64,000 bases of DNA from Candidatus Latescibacterota bacterium (GTDB lineage Bacteria; Latescibacterota; UBA2968; UBA8231), in the NCBI GenBank assembly GCA_965248265.1, contig CBDFJF010000001.1:2688001-2752000 (forward strand). Direction: 5' to 3'. The position numbers were made by a program, and so were the translations under genes. Under the pieces are notes generated by a model that was given only the letters and a program-made list of their open reading frames with translations, was not told the DNA's origin and did no database searches. Positions 59,091 to 64,000 of this stretch are shown piece by piece (position 1 is the stretch's first letter; each line of letters starts with the position of its first letter).

Positions 59091-59852
59091 TCATGTGCGA
59101 CGGCGCAACGCGTAGGCTCCGGTGCCGACGAGGAGGAACAGCATTGCTTTCTCTCCGCCAAATGGTATCGTCACCGCGGCGCCGTCGGTGGTCTTGGCGG
59201 GCCCGCCGCCGATGACGATGTGGTTGGCATTGTCGGCCAGCACCGGCAACCCGATATCGGAGTCAACCCCCCCGAGCCCTGTTTCTTCCATTCCGATGTT
59301 GTTGACGACGGCGCCGACCCGGAATGCATGGTCGGCGGTTGCCTGTCCGGAAATGCGCACTGAGATAATGAAGAAAATGGAACCTTGATCCGGAATGTCT
59401 CTGTCCACACCGGCTCCCGTGGCATCGACCTCCGTGATCGCGCCGATGTTTACCGGCGAGACCGAGGACATGAAGGTGTCAGCGCCGTCCAGAATCCCGT
59501 CCAGGCTGCGGTAGAGACGCATCTCAGTGAAGTCGCCGGAGACGATGCCGGTCGCCGTGGTCAAATCCGAAATGGTTAGCTGGATGCCTGTATTGAGTCC
59601 GACCCTGCCCAGGTGCCCATCAGGAGCGCCAAAAGGTCCTCCGTCCGCCAACTCGGTGGCATATATCTGAATCTCGTTGCCGAACTGGACCTGGGTTATA
59701 CCGGTCAGGCCGGTGACGCTCAGTGGAACATGAACCTGGCCGGAACCAGCTTGCGGCCAGAGCAGGCATGCCATGATCACCCACAGCCAGGCGAAGTACG
59801 GGGTAACACCGACTGCGCGTCGGGTTGTGCAATTGTCGTGATCGTCGACCAT
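59091..59852 (-). CDS. Secreted beta-sandwich protein with exosortase-type C-terminal sorting signal (IPFGG-TM-RRR)
   Basis: N-terminal signal peptide; tail VTIPFGGEKAMLFLLVGTGAYALRRRT; start 59852 or 59879. Confidence 0.8.
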   Translation of the reverse strand: MVDDHDNCTTRRAVGVTPYFAWLWVIMACLLWPQAGSGQVHVPLSVTGLTGITQVQFGNEIQIYATELADGGPFGAPDGHLGRVGLNTGIQLTISDLTTATGIVSGDFTEMRLYRSLDGILDGADTFMSSVSPVNIGAITEVDATGAGVDRDIPDQGSIFFIISVRISGQATADHAFRVGAVVNNIGMEETGLGGVDSDIGLPVLADNANHIVIGGGPAKTTDGAAVTIPFGGEKAMLFLLVGTGAYALRRRT

Positions 59853-59966
59853 GTCGCCTGAAAAGGAAGGAATCGGCACGCTGTTGACCCGCCGTTCGGG
59901 CGCAACACTCCTATTCCTCTATATCGGCGTTCAGGCGATTTGGCTACAGCGGTTTTTCGTCTCTCT

Positions 59967-60671
59967 CTATCGCGATGGTTCAGACAGCCAATGGCTCCAT
60001 CGGGGAAACAGGCGGCAAACACTCGCCCAGCTCCACTGAGTGGGGAGAGCTGGTATGTCATCAGCCTGACCGGCTGTAACTGGCGCGGCAGCAGGTGTCC
60101 GCAAAACGGCCGTCGATCGATTTCGGATGGCGACGTACCAGACGGCCAAGCCAAGCCCGTAGCGAGCCCAGACGTTCCACAGCTCCAGGAGGCGAACCCA
60201 CAACGGGTCCAGAACACCGAATGCGGCGCTCAATTGGGCTGCCGCCGTCGCACTGGCCTCTGTGGGGGTCAATGTTGCGAGATAGCCGCCGATGGCCACC
60301 TGGCCACCCAATAGAAAGCTGAACACGTGAGTGGCCCAGAGGAACAGCCAGCTGCAGGCAATCCACCGCGCCCGCCACCCCCAACTCACGCCGGAAGTGG
60401 CCGTGAACAGGGCCGCGACTGCGATCAAGTTCAGGTAGACTGAGTCGTAGTCCAACGCCTGCAATCTCAAGCCACCGACGACGGGTTCATAGACGTAGAG
60501 CAGCAGGTCTCGCCTCTGCTCGAGGTGCAACGGCAGGTGTTGCTGCTCAAGCAGCCAGTTTACCGCCGGCACTACCGTGCGCAGGTAGACATTGGAAATC
60601 ACGTCCCAGGCGCACAGGGCGATGCTGGACGCGGCCACGAAGCGGACCAGGAACAGAAGGCTGCACCTCAA
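59967..60671 (-). CDS. Exosortase-associated membrane protein
   Basis: Polytopic membrane protein; TTG start overlaps the exosortase stop; NL...AALF.AT...W..R pattern. Confidence 0.7.
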   Translation of the reverse strand: MRCSLLFLVRFVAASSIALCAWDVISNVYLRTVVPAVNWLLEQQHLPLHLEQRRDLLLYVYEPVVGGLRLQALDYDSVYLNLIAVAALFTATSGVSWGWRARWIACSWLFLWATHVFSFLLGGQVAIGGYLATLTPTEASATAAAQLSAAFGVLDPLWVRLLELWNVWARYGLGLAVWYVAIRNRSTAVLRTPAAAPVTAGQADDIPALPTQWSWASVCRLFPRWSHWLSEPSR

Positions 60672-61249
60672 CTCAGCGTCCTTCCCGCGCCGGCCGCCCG
60701 CACCCAATACATCCATATGGTCAATACGAAACCGATGTTGACGAGGACCATCACGTAGAGATGGAACAGGTCAATGTACTGGGGAGCCAGATGCGCTACT
60801 ATACCCAACGTGACAAGGCGAAAAATGCTGTAACAGAGAAAAGCCGGAATGACCAGGCCGAGGCCCTTGATGCGGTGGATGATACGGGTCGGATAAGCCA
60901 GCACGGATGCCAGGCACAAGAACAGGGCGAAGATACCCGTACACTCGAACGATACCCGGTAAATGACGTTCTCCAACGCCAATTGACAGACCCCGGTCGA
61001 TGTGTCGAGCCCGCTCAGCTGCGCCTGTAACCCAAGGAATCGCAGTACCAACACGGCTCCGTACGTGACCGGGTACATGAACAGGTCGACCCAGACGCGA
61101 CGCCAGCTTTCGAACAGTACCCCCGTGGCCCCGAGCCAGACGGCGAACATGACGCAGAAACGGACGCCTGCTCCGCTGAGCTGGTTGCGCACCGAGGATA
61201 TCCCGTCCGCCAGAGCAGGACGTTGGCTGGCGATCCGGCTCAACGACAT
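60668..61249 (-). CDS. Exosortase/archaeosortase family protein
   Basis: Catalytic Cys (VSFECTG), Arg (SIFR) and His (DLFH) in the canonical TM layout; LAYP and W..W motifs. Confidence 0.88.
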   Translation of the reverse strand: MSLSRIASQRPALADGISSVRNQLSGAGVRFCVMFAVWLGATGVLFESWRRVWVDLFMYPVTYGAVLVLRFLGLQAQLSGLDTSTGVCQLALENVIYRVSFECTGIFALFLCLASVLAYPTRIIHRIKGLGLVIPAFLCYSIFRLVTLGIVAHLAPQYIDLFHLYVMVLVNIGFVLTIWMYWVRAAGAGRTLS

Positions 61250-61255
61250 GGAACC

Positions 61256-61384
61256 TCAGATCGACAGCAGCCAGCGAACGGCGATTTGAAACGCTGTGCC
61301 CGCGAGAATGACCCCGAGGCTGGCTAGACTGAGCAGGACCCCGGCGCCGGATAGGCGTAGTGCGTTTGACATGAAGTGGAACAT
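61256..61384 (-). CDS. Small hydrophobic protein, 42 aa (below the ORF track cutoff)
   Basis: GGAGG RBS; MFHFMSNALRLSGAGVLLSLASLGVILAGTAFQIAVRWLLSI; stop 6 nt before the exosortase ATG. Confidence 0.65.
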   Translation of the reverse strand: MFHFMSNALRLSGAGVLLSLASLGVILAGTAFQIAVRWLLSI

Positions 61385-61474
61385 CCGTGTCCCTCCGTAC
61401 CCGCAGTAAGAATGGGAAAATCGAAGGTGTCACCAAGCCTGTTGAGCCAACGACACCTTTCCCCTCACTTACGG

Positions 61475-61501
61475 ATATCGGCGGCGATCTCCTGATCTTT
61501 A
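61475..61501 (-). promoter_or_regulatory. Putative sigma28 (FliA-type) promoter
   Basis: TAAA-N15-GCCGATAT on minus strand versus consensus TAAA-N15-GCCGATAA. Confidence 0.65.
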
Positions 61502-61575
61502 ATACTGTTTTATAGGAGTGGTGTCGCCGGCGCGAAAACACCGACGACTTATCTGTCGAGGAGCTGACTCGTCCT

Positions 61576-64000
61576 CTACTTGATCATCAACAAGCGCCGC
61601 GATTGCACCGATCGACCGGCACGCAGCACGTAGATGTAGGTGCCCGAGGCGACGTTGTTGCCGTCGTCGTCGCGACCGTCCCAGACGTTGGCGTGAAACC
61701 CCGCTTCCAGCTCCCTGGCGGCCAGAGACCGCACGTGCTGGCCCAGCGTGTTGACGAGGACGAGATCGACCAGGGCTGCCTCAGGAAGGTCAAAGCGGAT
61801 AGTCGTTTCTCCATTGAATGGATTCGGGAAGTTGGAGTGCAGGTTGAACACACTCGGGACCGGTGCTGGGGACTGTTGCGACTGCAGATTCCCACCGCCG
61901 GCGACCTTGATGGTGGCATCGTTGAGATGGCCGTGAACGCGTAGAGCGGAAATCAGACTTGCTGCGGAGATCGTGGAACTCGCCGGCAAGGCGATGCGCA
62001 GCAGCTCTCCGGGGCCTTCGACCGGCCGTTCCAGTGCAAAGGCGATGCGCAGACGATCACCGTCGTGGCGGGAGTCGAGTAAGGCGTTGGCGACGTCAGG
62101 TCCCAGACTCACTCCAGTCTCATCCACACCCTCGACCCGAAGGTCGCCTGAAAGGATGTTGTCGCGTTGCTCGAGCCAGATTGAGATGTAGCCGTCTCCG
62201 GGTCGCAATGCCAGTTCGCGACCCTCTACGGCAACCTTGGGCACGGATTGATCGGTTTCCGGTTGGGGATGGTTGTCCGACTCGTCCTCCTGGATCGGAA
62301 AGCGACCGATGAGGCCGACTCGTTGACGAATCACCAGAGAGGCGTCGAAAGCCGTTATCGGTCCGAACGGCGCCAGCAGGTCAACGTTGGCAGCCATCGA
62401 ATCGTGGTCAGCCAGGGTAATGTTACCTACGGAGTGCGCCAGAATGAGTGCTGCGTCAAAAGCCTTGGTCGTGCCGTTGCCGCTGGCGTCGCCGAGCGGA
62501 TCGATGACGAAATTGGTAGCGGTGAGGTTGAGGCTGACCCCGGCCGAGTTCAGCAAGTCCTCGAATGAGGTAAATAGGTTGTCCCCGTCCTGCGTATTGA
62601 ATTCGCCGTCATTGTCCATCCCCGCCACGGTGCCGAACACGGTGGTCACCGTGCCGAAGAAGATACTGTCGTCGGCCGTCTGCTCGGTCAGATTGACGGT
62701 TTCCAGCTCGTTGGTCACAGAATTGACAACCTCCACGGTGACAACCTCGATCGCCGCCGGATTGACGTTGAGATCGGGATCGATGGCGCGTACCCGCACC
62801 GTGTCGCCGGGCGTCGACACCACCGTCGTCGCCAGGCTGCCGTCATTACCCACCAAGAGAACGGAGCCGTTCGCGAAGAGGACCCATTCCGGGCGCCCCC
62901 CGTTGAAATGTACGTGCGCGCCTTCGAGTATCGAGCTGGCCGGTGTGCGTACGTCGAGTACGGTGAAATCGATGTTGAGAAGGACGCCCTTCACCGTCGA
63001 CGCCGCGCCATTCGTCGATGCGGAAATCTTCAACGTATCGATCGTGGACGCGTTACCCGGCGAAACCGCGCCGTTGACGGTCCATGCATTAATGAGCGTT
63101 CCCGCGTCCAGAATCGAGTTCCACGACAACAGGTCGGAGTCGAACGCGATATGAAGATCGACCTCGGCCATTTTGAGCCCGTTCGTGGTGTCGACGGTGA
63201 CCGGGATGACCAGATTCTCATTGTAGGTGGCGTTGATGACGGGGAGGCTGAGCTCTACGTAGGGCGCCTCTCCGTAAATGACGTAGACTTCGCCGGCATC
63301 CAGGCCCGCGCCTGTGTCCGCTGTTGGCGCGCCAGGCATCAGGTCCTCAATGAAATCACCGTTGAGATCGCCTCCAGCGACGGCGTAACCGAGAAAATCG
63401 CCGGCGTCGTCCCCGAGAATAGTTACGTCGGCTTGCGTCGACGCCAGGCTGATCTGGCTGGCCAGCTGGGGATCCCCGGCAATCAAATAGCTCTTTCCTG
63501 CCCCGGTTCCTCCTGGGGTATCAGCCGGGTAGGCGCCGAGAAGCAGGTCATCAAAGCCATCACCGTTACTGTTCAGCGCGGCCATCGACCATCCGAGGTT
63601 GTGCGAAGCAGCCTCTCCCTGAATCCGCACGTCGGCGGCACCGGGCAGATTCTCTGTTGTCGACAGCGTTCCGCCGTATAGCACGTAGACCTCGCCGGCG
63701 TTTGACAGGCCGCCCGGATCGGCGCCCGTGGTGCCGATGATGACGTCGTCGAAACCGTCGCCGTTGACATCTCCGGCGGCGACCGCTTCACCTGCCTTGT
63801 CAAGGATGGCGGCGCCCTGGATATGCACACCGACACCTGGCGCCGGTTTGGTGATGAGATCGAATTGTTGATAGCTGCTCGGCGTAGCGGCGGGATCGCC
63901 GTAGAGGACATACGCCTCGCCACTGAGCGAGCCGTTCGGATCGGCCCAGTATGCCGCCACGATGACGTCGTCGGCAGCGTCGCCGTCGATGTCACCGGCG
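61576..64000 (-). CDS. Large secreted FG-GAP (integrin-alpha-like) / cohesin / dockerin / FlgD-Ig protein, 5' end outside window
   Basis: AGDVNGDGFDDVIIG...AGEVYV.YG repeats; cohesin-like segment; dockerin GDASGNG..AFDAALIL...AFDASLVI; tail NFPNPFN...WDGRD...ASGTY. Confidence 0.88.
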   Translation of the reverse strand, partial: AGDIDGDAADDVIVAAYWADPNGSLSGEAYVLYGDPAATPSSYQQFDLITKPAPGVGVHIQGAAILDKAGEAVAAGDVNGDGFDDVIIGTTGADPGGLSNAGEVYVLYGGTLSTTENLPGAADVRIQGEAASHNLGWSMAALNSNGDGFDDLLLGAYPADTPGGTGAGKSYLIAGDPQLASQISLASTQADVTILGDDAGDFLGYAVAGGDLNGDFIEDLMPGAPTADTGAGLDAGEVYVIYGEAPYVELSLPVINATYNENLVIPVTVDTTNGLKMAEVDLHIAFDSDLLSWNSILDAGTLINAWTVNGAVSPGNASTIDTLKISASTNGAASTVKGVLLNIDFTVLDVRTPASSILEGAHVHFNGGRPEWVLFANGSVLLVGNDGSLATTVVSTPGDTVRVRAIDPDLNVNPAAIEVVTVEVVNSVTNELETVNLTEQTADDSIFFGTVTTVFGTVAGMDNDGEFNTQDGDNLFTSFEDLLNSAGVSLNLTATNFVIDPLGDASGNGTTKAFDAALILAHSVGNITLADHDSMAANVDLLAPFGPITAFDASLVIRQRVGLIGRFPIQEDESDNHPQPETDQSVPKVAVEGRELALRPGDGYISIWLEQRDNILSGDLRVEGVDETGVSLGPDVANALLDSRHDGDRLRIAFALERPVEGPGELLRIALPASSTISAASLISALRVHGHLNDATIKVAGGGNLQSQQSPAPVPSVFNLHSNFPNPFNGETTIRFDLPEAALVDLVLVNTLGQHVRSLAARELEAGFHANVWDGRDDDGNNVASGTYIYVLRAGRSVQSRRLLMIK

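Noticed and set aside
60771-61541. 256-aa minus-strand ORF overlapping the exosortase
   Set aside because: Arg/Pro-rich off-frame product; the exosortase and 42-aa peptide frames explain the region better.

Overview
GC-rich bacterial chromosome segment, mostly housekeeping genes: 3' end of secA, purC, tgt-yajC-fmt, tRNA-Ala(GGC), mfd followed by two parvulin PPIases, S4 protein, nrnA and argF, then moaC, lipB, a CIRCE-controlled groEL without groES, comM/yifB, endonuclease Q, pepF, glmS, a cyclophilin and a divergent transketolase. FlgD-Ig-tailed secreted proteins, PorV-like barrels and cohesin/dockerin modules suggest a non-Bacteroidota FCB-group lineage such as Latescibacterota (inference). 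Mobile DNA is one intact IS630 element with a -1 frameshift and one 220-bp MITE-like element. The best candidate for an undescribed system is at 59.1-61.5 kb. There a sigma28-like promoter precedes an unannotated 42-aa membrane peptide, an exosortase, an exosortase-associated membrane protein and a secreted protein with an unusual IPFGG-TM-RRR sorting tail. Also notable: a PorV/site-2-protease envelope operon, a W-G/S-x-x-K C-terminal motif on secreted proteins, a cupredoxin/adenylate cyclase/beta-barrel/HDOD operon, and tandem duplications anchored on stop codons. All family calls come from motifs recognised by eye; no database search was run.
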